DNA of 64,000 nucleotides from Escherichia coli (GTDB lineage Bacteria; Pseudomonadota; Gammaproteobacteria; Enterobacterales; Enterobacteriaceae): NCBI RefSeq assembly GCF_003018235.1, contig NZ_CP027437.1; one strand, 5' to 3'. Shown piece by piece: positions 53,585 to 64,000 of this stretch (position 1 is its first letter; each line of letters starts with the position of its first letter). The notes under the pieces were generated by a model. It saw only the letters and a program-made list of their open reading frames with translations, ran no database searches and was not told where the DNA came from. The position numbers and the translations under genes were made by a program.

Positions 53585-54510
53585 AAATTTCCCCTGAATT
53601 ATTACAAATTTCCCCGGAAGTGCAGGACGCTTTAAAAAACAAAAAATCGGTTGTGGCGCTGGAATCGACCATTATTTCTCACGGGATGCCGTTCCCACAA
53701 AATGCCCAGACCGCAATTGAAGTTGAAGAAACTATTCGTAAACAGGGCGCTGTACCTGCCACTATCGCCATTATTGGCGGCGTGATGAAAGTGGGTTTAA
53801 GCAAAGAAGAAATTGAATTACTGGGTCGCGAAGGGCATAACGTGACCAAAGTTAGTCGTCGCGATTTACCTTTTGTTGTTGCCGCCGGAAAAAATGGCGC
53901 AACCACTGTGGCTTCAACGATGATTATTGCTGCGCTTGCCGGAATTAAAGTATTTGCCACCGGGGGAATTGGTGGTGTGCATCGCGGGGCGGAACATACC
54001 TTCGATATTTCTGCCGATTTGCAAGAACTGGCAAATACTAATGTCACCGTTGTTTGTGCCGGGGCGAAATCTATTCTCGATTTAGGATTAACCACTGAGT
54101 ATTTAGAAACCTTCGGTGTGCCGTTAATTGGCTATCAGACCAAAGCGCTGCCTGCGTTTTTCTGCCGTACCAGCCCGTTTGACGTCAGCATTCGTCTCGA
54201 CAGCGCCAGTGAAATTGCCCATGCAATGGCGGTGAAATGGCAAAGCGGGCTGAACGGTGGCCTGGTGGTGGCAAATCCGATCCCGGAACAGTTTGCGATG
54301 CCGGAGGAATCTATCAATGCAGCCATAGATCAAGCCGTTGCCGAAGCCGAAGAGCAGGGCGTTATTGGTAAAGAAAGCACACCGTTCCTGCTGGCTCGTG
54401 TTGCTGAACTGACTGGCGGTGACAGCCTGAAATCCAACATCCAACTGGTGTTCAACAACGCCATTCTGGCGAGTGAAATTGCCAAAGAATACCAGCGTCT
54501 CGCGGGTTAA
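53572..54510 (+). CDS. psuG: Pseudouridine-5'-phosphate glycosidase PsuG/YeiN (312 aa)
   Basis: Full-length match from memory; overlaps psuK end. Confidence 0.92.
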   Translation: MSELKISPELLQISPEVQDALKNKKSVVALESTIISHGMPFPQNAQTAIEVEETIRKQGAVPATIAIIGGVMKVGLSKEEIELLGREGHNVTKVSRRDLPFVVAAGKNGATTVASTMIIAALAGIKVFATGGIGGVHRGAEHTFDISADLQELANTNVTVVCAGAKSILDLGLTTEYLETFGVPLIGYQTKALPAFFCRTSPFDVSIRLDSASEIAHAMAVKWQSGLNGGLVVANPIPEQFAMPEESINAAIDQAVAEAEEQGVIGKESTPFLLARVAELTGGDSLKSNIQLVFNNAILASEIAKEYQRLAG

Positions 54511-54603
54511 TTTCTGACGGGCAGAAAGCCGTCGCCCGTACTGATCATACATACCAAAACCTGGCGCTGACGCCGGGTTTACTGGCATGAAGGGAAAATC
54601 ATT

Positions 54604-55854
54604 ATGGATATAATGAGAAGTGTTGTGGGGATGGTGGTGTTACTGGCAATAGCATTTTTGTTGTCAGTGAATAAAAAGAGCATCAGTTTGCGCACGGTTG
54701 GAGCCGCGCTGCTGCTACAAATCGCCATTGGCGGCATCATGCTCTATTTTCCACCAGGAAAATGGGCGGTAGAGCAGGCGGCATTAGGCGTTCATAAAGT
54801 GATGTCTTATAGTGATGCCGGTAGTGCCTTTATTTTTGGTTCATTGGTCGGGCCGAAAATGGATGTCCTGTTTGATGGCGCGGGCTTTATCTTCGCCTTT
54901 CGCGTACTCCCGGCGATTATCTTCGTCACTGCGCTCATCAGCCTGCTGTACTAAATTGGCGTGATGGGGCTGCTAATCCGCATTCTTGGCAGTATTTTTC
55001 AGAAAGCCCTCAACATCAGCAAAATCGAATCTTTTGTTGCGGTTACCACTATTTTCCTCGGGCAAAATGAGATCCCGGCGATCGTTAAACCGTTTATCGA
55101 TCGCATGAATCGCAACGAGTTGTTTACCGCAATTTGTAGCGGGATGGCGTCCATTGCTGGTTCGATGATGATTGGTTATGCCGGAATGGGCGTACCAATT
55201 GACTACCTGTTAGCGGCATCGCTGATGGCGATCCCTGGTGGTATTTTGTTTGCACGTATTCTTAGCCCAGCCACCGAGCCTTCGCAGGTGACATTTGAAA
55301 ATCTGTCGTTCAGCGAAACGCCGCCAAAAAGCTTTATCGAAGCGGCGGCGAGCGGTGCGATGACCGGGCTGAAAATCGCCGCTGGTGTAGCGACGGTGGT
55401 AATGGCGTTTGTCGCAATTATTGCGCTGATCAACGGCATTATCGGCGGAATTGGCGGCTGGTTTGGTTTCGCCAATGCCTCTCTGGAAAGTATTTTTGGC
55501 TATGTGCTGGCACCGCTGGCGTGGATCATGGGTGTGGACTGGAGTGATGCCAACCTTGCGGGTAGCCTGATTGGGCAGAAACTGGCGATTAACGAATTTG
55601 TCGCTTACCTGAGTTTCTCCCCATACCTGCAAACGGGCGGCACGCTGGAAGTGAAAACCGTGGCGATTATCTCCTTTGCGCTTTGTGGTTTTGCTAACTT
55701 TGGTTCTATCGGTGTTGTCGTTGGGGCGTTTTCGGCTATTTCGCCAAAACGTGCTCCAGAAATCGCCCAGCTTGGTTTACGGGCGCTGGCAGCAGCAACG
55801 CTTTCCAACCTGATGAGCGCGACCATTGCCGGGTTCTTTATTGGTTTAGCTTGA
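54604..55854 (+). pseudogene. psuT: NupC-family nucleoside transporter PsuT/YeiM interrupted by an in-frame TAA stop after codon 116
   Basis: ORFs 54604-54954 and 54961-55854 are in the same frame and together align end-to-end with the intact paralog at 57791-59041; TAC TAA ATT where the paralog has TAC TAC ATC. Confidence 0.8.
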
Positions 55855-55921
55855 GTTTCATTGCCGGATGTACGCGCTTATTAAGTGTTGCATCCGGCAA
55901 TCGCGCTATTGCAAATAATTT

Positions 55922-56581
55922 TTACTGCATCATCCCGGAGAATTTATTCTCCGGGTCCATCTCCAGCGCCAGTCCTGACAACTGCTTTCTGTTTTTAATT
56001 AGATACCCTTTCTTGCTTTTAATTAATAAACCGTCGTGAATGAATTGCGCGAGAACATATAAAAGATGTCGATAAGAAACGCCTAAATACTCTGCCGCTT
56101 GCGTATGCTTTTCGTGATAAAGATCACCTTCCTGCGAGAGTAATATAAATGCTGCCAGGCGATTCACTAACGGAAATGATTGATTCTGAGTTAAAGAAAC
56201 AATATTACGGTAATTTTTATGACTTAAGGTGACGCAGAGTTTTCGTAAAAATAGCGTGTCGTTTAATAACACCGGGCGGTAATGTTTCATAGGGAGCGCA
56301 AGGCACCAACACTCTTCAATAGCCTGCACCGCACGCGGTTCATGGTCTTTGTCGATTAACTCAATCTCGCCAATAAAACAGGGAGCGGCAAAGAAATCGA
56401 TCAGCGACACGCGACCATTAGCAAGCGTGGCGTAAAGCCTGGCGCGGCCTCGCGTCAGGTAAAACAGCCAGGACGGCTGTTGCCCTTCCTGCACAATGTA
56501 GTCACGCGCTAAAAAATGAAACAGCCGCGTATCGGCTGAAACATCCGTTGAAAAGCAATCCTTAAACGCGGATTCACTCAT
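55922..56581 (-). CDS. yeiL: CRP/FNR-family transcriptional regulator YeiL (about 219 aa)
   Basis: Start moved to [10 protein letters not shown]; cNMP-binding-like domain plus C-terminal HTH. Confidence 0.88.
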   Translation of the reverse strand: MSESAFKDCFSTDVSADTRLFHFLARDYIVQEGQQPSWLFYLTRGRARLYATLANGRVSLIDFFAAPCFIGEIELIDKDHEPRAVQAIEECWCLALPMKHYRPVLLNDTLFLRKLCVTLSHKNYRNIVSLTQNQSFPLVNRLAAFILLSQEGDLYHEKHTQAAEYLGVSYRHLLYVLAQFIHDGLLIKSKKGYLIKNRKQLSGLALEMDPENKFSGMMQ

Positions 56582-56749
56582 CAATTGCTGCTTAAGATCA
56601 TTATTGTGGATTTCTTTCACGATGTTTATCCGCTATGAGATTTCTCATATTTAGCATACGTACGCTGTTGTTAAGATTCAATCATCGGCCCGGTCGAATT
56701 TTCTTTGCTGTAGAAAAAATAACGCAACTGGAAACAGAGGAAATAAACA

Positions 56750-57691
56750 ATGGAAAAGAGAAAAATTATTCTGGATTGTGATCCGGGTTATGATGATGCT
56801 ATTGCAATGATGATGGCAGCGAAACATCCGGCAATAGATTTATTAGGCATCACCATTGTGGCGGGTAATCAGACGCTTGATAAAACATTAATTAATGGCC
56901 TGAATGTTTGCCAGAAACTGGAGATTAATGTTCCGGTTTATGCGGGGATGCCACAGCCCATTATGCGTCAACAAATCGTTGCCGATAATATTCACGGTGA
57001 AACCGGACTTGATGGCCCGGTATTCGGGCCGCTGACCCGCCAGGCAGAAAGCACTCATGCGGTGAAATATATCATCGATACCCTGATGGCAAGTGATGGC
57101 GATATCACTCTGGTGCCGGTTGGTCCACTTTCAAACATCGCGGTGGCAATGCGTATGCAACCCGCGATCCTGCCGAAAATCCGTGAAATTGTGCTGATGG
57201 GCGGCGCTTACGGTACTGGCAACTTTACGCCATCCGCCGAGTTCAACATCTTTGCTGACCCGGAAGCCGCACGCGTGGTGTTCACCTCCGGCGTTCCATT
57301 AGTGATGATGGGCCTCGATCTCACCAACCAGACCGTTTGCACCCCGGACGTGATTGCACGGATGGAAAGGGCAGGCGGCCCCGCCGGAGAGCTGTTCAGT
57401 GACATCATGAACTTCACTCTCAAAACGCAGTTCGAAAACTACGGCCTTGCTGGCGGCCCGGTGCATGACGCCACCTGCATCGGTTATCTGATTAACCCTG
57501 ATGGCATTAAAACCCAGGAGATGTACGTCGAAGTGGACGTCAACAGTGGACCTTGCTATGGGCGTACTGTCTGCGACGAGCTGGGCGTTCTTGGCAAGCC
57601 CGCTAATACCAAAGTCGGCATCACTATTGATACCGACTGGTTCTGGGGATTAGTCGAAGAGTGCGTGCGCGGCTATATCAAAACCCATTAA
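56750..57691 (+). CDS. rihB: Pyrimidine-specific ribonucleoside hydrolase RihB/YeiK (313 aa)
   Basis: N-terminal DCDPGYDDA nucleoside hydrolase motif. Confidence 0.93.
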   Translation: MEKRKIILDCDPGYDDAIAMMMAAKHPAIDLLGITIVAGNQTLDKTLINGLNVCQKLEINVPVYAGMPQPIMRQQIVADNIHGETGLDGPVFGPLTRQAESTHAVKYIIDTLMASDGDITLVPVGPLSNIAVAMRMQPAILPKIREIVLMGGAYGTGNFTPSAEFNIFADPEAARVVFTSGVPLVMMGLDLTNQTVCTPDVIARMERAGGPAGELFSDIMNFTLKTQFENYGLAGGPVHDATCIGYLINPDGIKTQEMYVEVDVNSGPCYGRTVCDELGVLGKPANTKVGITIDTDWFWGLVEECVRGYIKTH

Positions 57692-57790
57692 GTGTTGATA
57701 ACAAGCCGGGTCAGTATCGCAAGATGCAGGCCCGGCTATTTCTGATGGGCAGAAAGCCGTCGCCCAAAATGACATGAAGAGATAATAACT

Positions 57791-59041
57791 ATGGATGTCA
57801 TGAGAAGTGTTCTGGGAATGGTGGTATTGCTGGCAATTGCGTTTTTGCTGTCAGTAAACAAGAAGAGGATCAGCCTGCGTACCGTTGGCGCGGCGTTAGT
57901 GTTACAGGTCGTGATTGGCGGCATTATGCTTTGGTTACCGCCAGGGCGTTGGGTCGCAGAAAAAGTCGCTTTTGGCGTGCATAAAGTGATGGCGTACAGC
58001 GATGCAGGTAGCGCTTTTATCTTCGGTTCGCTGGTCGGGCCGAAAATGGACACCTTATTTGATGGCGCAGGATTTATCTTTGGTTTCAGGGTATTACCGG
58101 CAATTATCTTCGTCACTGCACTGGTGAGTATTCTCTACTACATCGGTGTGATGGGGATCTTAATTCGCATTCTCGGCGGTGTATTCCAGAAAGCATTGAA
58201 TATCAGCAAGATTGAGTCATTCGTCGCGGTCACTACCATTTTCCTCGGGCAAAACGAAATTCCGGCAATCGTCAAACCCTTTATCGATCGTCTGAATCGC
58301 AATGAATTATTTACAGCGATTTGTAGTGGCATGGCCTCAATTGCCGGTTCGACAATGATTGGTTACGCCGCGCTGAGCGTGCCTGTGGAATATCTGCTGG
58401 CGGCATCATTAATGGCGATCCCTGGCGGGATCTTGTTTGCCCGCCTGTTAAGCCCGGCAATGGAATCTTCGCAGGTTTCCTTTAATAACCTCTCTTTCAC
58501 CGAAACACCGCCAAAAAGCATTATTGAAGCCGCTGCGACAGGGGCAATGACCGGGCTGAAAATCGCCGCAGGTGTGGCGACAGTGGTGATGGCATTTGTC
58601 GCCATCATTGCGTTAATTAACGGTATTATCGGCGGCGTTGGCGGCTGGTTTGGTTTTGCACATGCCTCGCTGGAGTCCATTTTAGGTTACCTGCTGGCTC
58701 CACTGGCGTGGGTGATGGGTGTTGACTGGAGTGATGCGAATCTTGCCGGGAGTTTGATTGGACAGAAACTGGCAATAAATGAATTTGTCGCTTACCTCAA
58801 TTTCTCACCTTATCTGCAAACAGCTGGCACTCTCGATGCTAAAACCGTGGCGATTATTTCCTTCGCGTTGTGCGGTTTCGCTAACTTTGGTTCTATCGGG
58901 GTGGTGGTTGGCGCATTTTCTGCGGTTGCGCCACACCGTGCACCGGAAATCGCCCAGCTTGGTTTACGCGCGCTGGCGGCGGCGACACTTTCTAACCTGA
59001 TGAGTGCCACCATTGCAGGATTCTTTATTGGCTTAGCGTAG
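57791..59041 (+). CDS. nupX: NupC-family nucleoside permease NupX/YeiJ (416 aa), intact paralog of psuT
   Basis: Full-length polytopic transporter. Confidence 0.92.
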   Translation: MDVMRSVLGMVVLLAIAFLLSVNKKRISLRTVGAALVLQVVIGGIMLWLPPGRWVAEKVAFGVHKVMAYSDAGSAFIFGSLVGPKMDTLFDGAGFIFGFRVLPAIIFVTALVSILYYIGVMGILIRILGGVFQKALNISKIESFVAVTTIFLGQNEIPAIVKPFIDRLNRNELFTAICSGMASIAGSTMIGYAALSVPVEYLLAASLMAIPGGILFARLLSPAMESSQVSFNNLSFTETPPKSIIEAAATGAMTGLKIAAGVATVVMAFVAIIALINGIIGGVGGWFGFAHASLESILGYLLAPLAWVMGVDWSDANLAGSLIGQKLAINEFVAYLNFSPYLQTAGTLDAKTVAIISFALCGFANFGSIGVVVGAFSAVAPHRAPEIAQLGLRALAAATLSNLMSATIAGFFIGLA

Positions 59042-59096
59042 TGCGCGATTTATGAGCCGGATAAGATGTAGTCAAGCGTCGAATCCGGCAACATTG

Positions 59097-60185
59097 TTAC
59101 ACCATCGGCACTAATGAAAGTGCGTTATCGGCAGACAGGGTAGGGTTGTTTAAGCTGCCGCTGGCGCGTGAAATTGCCGCGCAGGCCATCGCAAAACGGG
59201 CGCTGTCACGGAAATTGTTTCCCTCCAGAAAGCTATATACCAGGCCCGCCATAAAACCATCGTCAGCACCAAAACTGTCTACTGTCGTATGCGCTGGCGC
59301 TGTCAGCAAAAATTGCTCTCCATCCTTTTCGCTGCAATAAACTGACTCATCGGGCAAATAAACAAACAGTTGCTGAACGCCTTGCTGATGCAACGCATTC
59401 ACTGCGGCATTACGGTCAGCATCGCTGGTGATCGCCTGTCCCCATAAAATTTCCAGCTCCGGTAAAGTGGGTTTCAGGGTGTGAATATGCGCCAGCCAGT
59501 GTTTGATTTTGCCCGCTTTGAATTCTGAAACGGTATCGACAAACACCGGGATTTCATCAGCGAGGGTAAAGACCCACTCCAGCGCCTCGGCTGTCAGGTT
59601 GCAATCAGCCAGTACCACGCCCGCATGACGAAGTAAATCGCGCGACCCGTTCAGTAGTTGCGGTGTCAACTGATCCAGCAGATGGGTATCGTTAATCGCC
59701 AGCACGGTTTGATCGTCTCGATTGGCAATTGCCAGATACGTCGATGTGCTTTGACCATGTAAACGAACGCAGCCGGAGACATTCACGCCGGCGCGGCGCG
59801 TTTCTTCCAGGAGCATTTCGCCATAAAAGTCATCGCCAATCACTGAAAGCAAATGGACGTCGCGGCCTAACAGCGCCAGATTGTGGGCGATATTGCGTCC
59901 AACGCCGCCTGCCGAGCAATGAATTGTACCGGGATGAGAAGCCGCTTGTGGGTAACGGATATCCGCCATCCCGCGAATATCCATATTGATTGTCCCCACC
60001 ACTACGCAGTATTCCTGCTCGGTGAGAATGTAACCTTTGCCTTTAATCCGGCCTTTGCGCATTAAATCCATAATATGCGCCGCAACGCGCGAACGGCTGA
60101 TTTGCAGCATGTCCGCAATTTCGTTCTGCTGAATCAGCGGGTTACGCCGTAAAATTGCAAGGATCTCCTTTTCCCGGTTATTCAT
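59097..60185 (-). CDS. yeiI: HTH-domain sugar kinase YeiI (PfkB family, 362 aa), paralog of psuK
   Basis: N-terminal HTH, C-terminal ribokinase-like domain. Confidence 0.9.
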   Translation of the reverse strand: MNNREKEILAILRRNPLIQQNEIADMLQISRSRVAAHIMDLMRKGRIKGKGYILTEQEYCVVVGTINMDIRGMADIRYPQAASHPGTIHCSAGGVGRNIAHNLALLGRDVHLLSVIGDDFYGEMLLEETRRAGVNVSGCVRLHGQSTSTYLAIANRDDQTVLAINDTHLLDQLTPQLLNGSRDLLRHAGVVLADCNLTAEALEWVFTLADEIPVFVDTVSEFKAGKIKHWLAHIHTLKPTLPELEILWGQAITSDADRNAAVNALHQQGVQQLFVYLPDESVYCSEKDGEQFLLTAPAHTTVDSFGADDGFMAGLVYSFLEGNNFRDSARFAMACAAISRASGSLNNPTLSADNALSLVPMV

Positions 60186-60187
60186 CT

Positions 60188-61045
60188 TCAGGCTACCGCT
60201 TTTTCAGTTTGTTGCGCTTTCAGCCAGGCGATCTCTTCTGCCCAGATATCCGGGTTGATGGTTTCAAGGATCAGCGGAATGCCGTCGAAACGGTCGTCCT
60301 GCATGATCCAGCGGAACGCATCATGACCGATATTGCCTTCACCGAGGCTATGATGGCGGTCAACGCGGCTGCCAAAGGTGCTTTTCGCATCGTTAAGGTG
60401 CATCCCGCGCAGATACTTAAAGCCGACAATACGGGCAAAATCCGCGAACGTTTTCTCGCATTCGGCAGGAGTACGCAAATCATACCCGGCAGCAAAAGCA
60501 TGGCAGGTATCAATGCAGACGCCGACGCGGGATTTATCTTCCACGCCGTCGATAATCGCCGCGAGATGTTCGAATTTAAACCCTAAGTTACTGCCCTGAC
60601 CGGCGGTGTTTTCAATCACCGCGGTTACACCTTGAGTTTTATCCAGCGCAATGTTGATGGATTCGGCAATACGCGCAAGGCAATCCTCTTCTGAAATCTG
60701 CATCAGATGGCTGCCAGGGTGGAAGTTGAGCAAAGAAAGCCCCAGCTGTTCGCAACGCTGCATTTCATCTATAAACGCATCGCGCGATTTTTCCAGAGCT
60801 TCAGCGACCGGATGTCCGAGGTTAATCAGATAACTGTCGTGGGGAAGAATTTGCGCCGATGTGTAGTGATATTTTTCACAGGCGGCTTTGAATTCATCGA
60901 TGGTTTGCGTCGTGAGCGGTGCGGCACGCCACTGACGTTGGTTTTTGGTGAACAAGGCAAACGCGGTTGCGTCGATTTCGGCGGCGCGAATTGCGGCATT
61001 TGCCAGACCGCCAGCAGCACTAACGTGCGCTCCAATGTATTTCAT
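60188..61045 (-). CDS. nfo: Endonuclease IV (285 aa)
   Basis: Full-length match [21 protein letters not shown]...; TIM-barrel AP endonuclease. Confidence 0.95.
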   Translation of the reverse strand: MKYIGAHVSAAGGLANAAIRAAEIDATAFALFTKNQRQWRAAPLTTQTIDEFKAACEKYHYTSAQILPHDSYLINLGHPVAEALEKSRDAFIDEMQRCEQLGLSLLNFHPGSHLMQISEEDCLARIAESINIALDKTQGVTAVIENTAGQGSNLGFKFEHLAAIIDGVEDKSRVGVCIDTCHAFAAGYDLRTPAECEKTFADFARIVGFKYLRGMHLNDAKSTFGSRVDRHHSLGEGNIGHDAFRWIMQDDRFDGIPLILETINPDIWAEEIAWLKAQQTEKAVA

Positions 61046-61118
61046 GCGAGGACTCCTGTTAAACCCGCTGGAGGAAAACGGTAATGATAGCGGGTTAACA
61101 GGAGCAAGATGTAGTGGT

Positions 61119-62168
61119 TTATGCGATGACGCTTTGAATCACATAGTTAATCGCACCACCACCAACAATCAGCCAGGCAAACAGTACCAGTGCCATCAGC
61201 AGAGGTTTCGCCCCGGCTTTTTTCAGCGCGCTGACGTGAGTGGTCAGACCCAGCGCCGCCATCGCCATTGCCAGCAGGAAGGTATCCAGCGTTACCAGCA
61301 TGTTCACCACGCTCTGCGGTAACAGGTGGAACGAGTTAAAGATGGCAACTACGATGAACAAGATGGCAAACCACGGAATAGTGATTTTGCTTTTCTCGCC
61401 GCTGTTCGCCCCAGACAGCTGTTTAACACGCGCCGCCAGCAGGATGAGGAACGGAGCCAGCATCATCACGCGCAGCATTTTGGAAATAACTGCTGCGTTT
61501 TCCGCATCCGGGCTGATGGCATGACCTGCCGCCACCACCTGCGCCACTTCGTGCACAGTAGAACCAATGTAGATACCGAAAGTTTCTGGACTAAACCATT
61601 GAGACATCAGCGGATATATCGCCGGGTAGAGGAAAATCGCCACGGTCCCGAAGATAACAACGGTTGCAACAGCCACGGTTACTTTACTGGCTTCCGCTTT
61701 CACTACCGGCTCAGTCGCCAGTACCGCGGCAGCACCACAGATACTGCTACCGGCACCGATCAACCAGCTGGTGTGCTTATCCAGACCAAACACTTTCTGC
61801 CCCAGGAAGCAAGCCAGCAGGAAGGTACTGGACAGCGTCAGCACGTCAATGATGATCCCACTGATACCGACATCGGCAATTTGCGAGAACGTCAGACGGA
61901 AGCCATAAAGAATGATACCCAGACGTAATAAATATTGCTTGGCAAACAGCACACCACCGTCACAGCTTTTCCAGATGTGCGGATAGATGGTGTTGCCTAA
62001 AACCATCCCCAACAAGATTGCGAGGGTGAGGGCACTAAACCCGGCACCCGCAACCGCGGGAATGGAACCACCCCACAGGGCGACCCCGGTGATAACTGCA
62101 CTCAGGGCTAACCCCGGAATAAAATGCCACAGTGTACGATGTTGTTTCTGTAAGGTGATATTCGTCAT
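61119..62168 (-). CDS. yeiH: UPF0324 inner membrane protein YeiH (349 aa)
   Basis: Polytopic membrane protein; synteny. Confidence 0.9.
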   Translation of the reverse strand: MTNITLQKQHRTLWHFIPGLALSAVITGVALWGGSIPAVAGAGFSALTLAILLGMVLGNTIYPHIWKSCDGGVLFAKQYLLRLGIILYGFRLTFSQIADVGISGIIIDVLTLSSTFLLACFLGQKVFGLDKHTSWLIGAGSSICGAAAVLATEPVVKAEASKVTVAVATVVIFGTVAIFLYPAIYPLMSQWFSPETFGIYIGSTVHEVAQVVAAGHAISPDAENAAVISKMLRVMMLAPFLILLAARVKQLSGANSGEKSKITIPWFAILFIVVAIFNSFHLLPQSVVNMLVTLDTFLLAMAMAALGLTTHVSALKKAGAKPLLMALVLFAWLIVGGGAINYVIQSVIA

Positions 62169-62266
62169 AACCCTCTCCTTTAACCGGGCATAAGGTTACG
62201 ACTAACTGGTTTAAAAATAAAATTGATTATATATTTATAATTAATCTTTATAAGTGGTAAGCGACT

Positions 62267-63148
62267 ATGCACATCACCCTCCGGCAGTTGGAAGTTTTTG
62301 CAGAAGTATTGAAAAGTGGATCAACCACCCAGGCGTCGGTGATGCTGGCGTTGTCGCAATCAGCAGTGAGCGCAGCCTTGACCGACCTGGAAGGGCAGCT
62401 TGGCGTGCAACTGTTTGATCGCGTGGGGAAAAGACTGGTAGTTAATGAACACGGGCGACTGCTCTATCCGCGCGCGTTGGCACTGCTTGAACAGGCGATC
62501 GAAATCGAACAACTGTTTCGCGAAGACAACGGTGCGATTCGTATCTATGCCAGTAGTACCATCGGTAACTACATTCTGCCTGCAGTTATCGCCCGTTATC
62601 GCCATGATTATCCGCAGTTGCCGATTGAACTTAGCGTTGGGAACAGCCAGGACGTGATGCAAGCGGTGCTGGATTTCCGCGTTGATATTGGCTTTATTGA
62701 AGGACCGTGCCACAGCACTGAAATCATCTCAGAACCGTGGCTGGAAGACGAGCTGGTGGTTTTCGCCGCGCCGACTTCGCCATTGGCTCGTGGACCTGTC
62801 ACCTTAGAACAGCTGGCCGCTGCGCCGTGGATCCTGCGTGAACGCGGCTCCGGCACGCGGGAGATTGTCGATTATCTGTTGCTGTCACATTTACCGAAGT
62901 TTGAGATGGCGATGGAATTAGGTAACTCCGAGGCAATCAAACATGCGGTGCGTCATGGGTTGGGAATTAGTTGCCTGTCGCGACGGGTGATTGAAGATCA
63001 ATTGCAGGCAGGCACATTAAGTGAAGTTGCGGTCCCTCTGCCGCGCCTGATGCGTACGTTGTGGCGTATACATCATCGGCAAAAACACCTTTCCAACGCG
63101 CTACGGCGCTTTCTGGACTATTGCGATCCCGCGAATGTACCGCGTTAA
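62267..63148 (+). CDS. yeiE: LysR-type transcriptional regulator YeiE (293 aa)
   Basis: N-terminal LysR HTH ([20 protein letters not shown]). Confidence 0.92.
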   Translation: MHITLRQLEVFAEVLKSGSTTQASVMLALSQSAVSAALTDLEGQLGVQLFDRVGKRLVVNEHGRLLYPRALALLEQAIEIEQLFREDNGAIRIYASSTIGNYILPAVIARYRHDYPQLPIELSVGNSQDVMQAVLDFRVDIGFIEGPCHSTEIISEPWLEDELVVFAAPTSPLARGPVTLEQLAAAPWILRERGSGTREIVDYLLLSHLPKFEMAMELGNSEAIKHAVRHGLGISCLSRRVIEDQLQAGTLSEVAVPLPRLMRTLWRIHHRQKHLSNALRRFLDYCDPANVPR

Positions 63149-63352
63149 GTTGCTGTACAAGAACATGCTGGTGCTGTGTCGATTTCGTGACGCAGCGCCC
63201 TCAGCATGCATTCGCCAGAAAAGAGATTGGCTGCTTTACTTATAATCCCTGGGCGATCATGAAGGTGTCTTATAACCGTGTATTTCTGCCGGAAGGATTG
63301 CCAATCGTCTGCTACAATCGCGCCTCATTTTTAAGATGGATAGCATTTTTGT

Positions 63353-64000
63353 ATGGGTTCCGAAACTAAAACTACAGAAGCGCCGGGCTTACGCCGTGAA
63401 TTAAAGGCGCGTCACCTGACGATGATTGCCATTGGCGGTTCCATCGGTACAGGTCTTTTTGTTGCCTCTGGCGCAACGATTTCTCAGGCAGGTCCGGGCG
63501 GGGCATTGCTCTCGTATATGTTGATTGGCCTGATGGTTTACTTCCTGATGACCAGTCTCGGTGAACTGGCTGCATATATGCCGGTTTCCGGTTCGTTTGC
63601 CACTTACGGTCAGAACTATGTTGAAGAAGGCTTTGGCTTCGCGCTGGGCTGGAACTACTGGTACAACTGGGCGGTGACTATCGCCGTTGACCTGGTTGCA
63701 GCTCAGCTGGTCATGAGCTGGTGGTTCCCGGATACACCGGGCTGGATCTGGAGTGCGCTGTTCCTCGGCGTTATCTTCCTGCTGAACTACATCTCAGTTC
63801 GTGGCTTTGGTGAAGCGGAATACTGGTTCTCACTGATCAAAGTCACGACAGTTATTGTCTTTATCATCGTTGGCGTGCTGATGATTATCGGTATCTTCAA
63901 AGGCGCGCAGCCTGCGGGCTGGAGCAACTGGACAATCGGCGAAGCGCCGTTTGCTGGTGGTTTTGCGGCGATGATCGGCGTAGCTATGATTGTCGGCTTC
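63353..64000 (+). CDS. lysP: Lysine-specific permease LysP, 5' portion (continues beyond window)
   Basis: MGSETKTTEAPGLRRELKARHLTMIAIGGSIGTGLFVASGATISQAGPGG...; APC-family transporter; no stop within window. Confidence 0.9.
   Translation, partial: MGSETKTTEAPGLRRELKARHLTMIAIGGSIGTGLFVASGATISQAGPGGALLSYMLIGLMVYFLMTSLGELAAYMPVSGSFATYGQNYVEEGFGFALGWNYWYNWAVTIAVDLVAAQLVMSWWFPDTPGWIWSALFLGVIFLLNYISVRGFGEAEYWFSLIKVTTVIVFIIVGVLMIIGIFKGAQPAGWSNWTIGEAPFAGGFAAMIGVAMIVGF

Noticed and set aside
54604-55854. Possibility that psuT is two separate genes
   Set aside because: Both parts are in the same frame, separated by a single TAA, and together align over the full length with the intact paralog. A nonsense mutation (or base-call error) is the simpler explanation.

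Overview
This is an Escherichia coli-type chromosomal window with a ~10.3 kb accessory island inserted beside tRNA-Pro (proL); everything else is conserved core. Gene names are from my recognition of the translated ORFs, with no database search run. Left 15 kb (+ strand): napD (3' part), napAGHBC (periplasmic nitrate reductase), ccmABCDEFGH (cytochrome c maturation), narP (-), and an intact autotransporter yejO. The island spans ~15.32-25.65 kb, between the yejO terminator and proL, and as I recall K-12 has nothing there. It is almost entirely minus-strand and satellite-like (P4/PICI-like): a P4-type integrase next to the tRNA, AlpA, an Icd-like small protein and two unknown small ORFs coupled to a RepA-like helicase, an iteron array, a second P2-like integrase coupled to a PerC-like regulator, and a lone prohead-protease/major-capsid fusion gene flanked by ~100 bp direct repeats. 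No portal, terminase, tail or lysis genes are present. The most interesting objects are the orphan capsid module with its repeats, the iteron origin, a plus-strand two-gene cassette with operator palindromes, and candidate small RNAs. Right 38 kb: yejM, yejL, yejK, rplY, radD, rsuA, bcr, yejG, yejFEBA (-), pdeN, mepS, lpxT, yeiR, yeiQ, efpL, yeiW, setB, fruBKA, psuK-psuG-psuT (psuT carries an in-frame TAA stop), yeiL, rihB, nupX, yeiI, nfo, yeiH, yeiE and the start of lysP. No CRISPR array, rRNA or IS element was seen. Coordinates of starts I moved off the ORF track are by codon arithmetic and may be off by a few nt.
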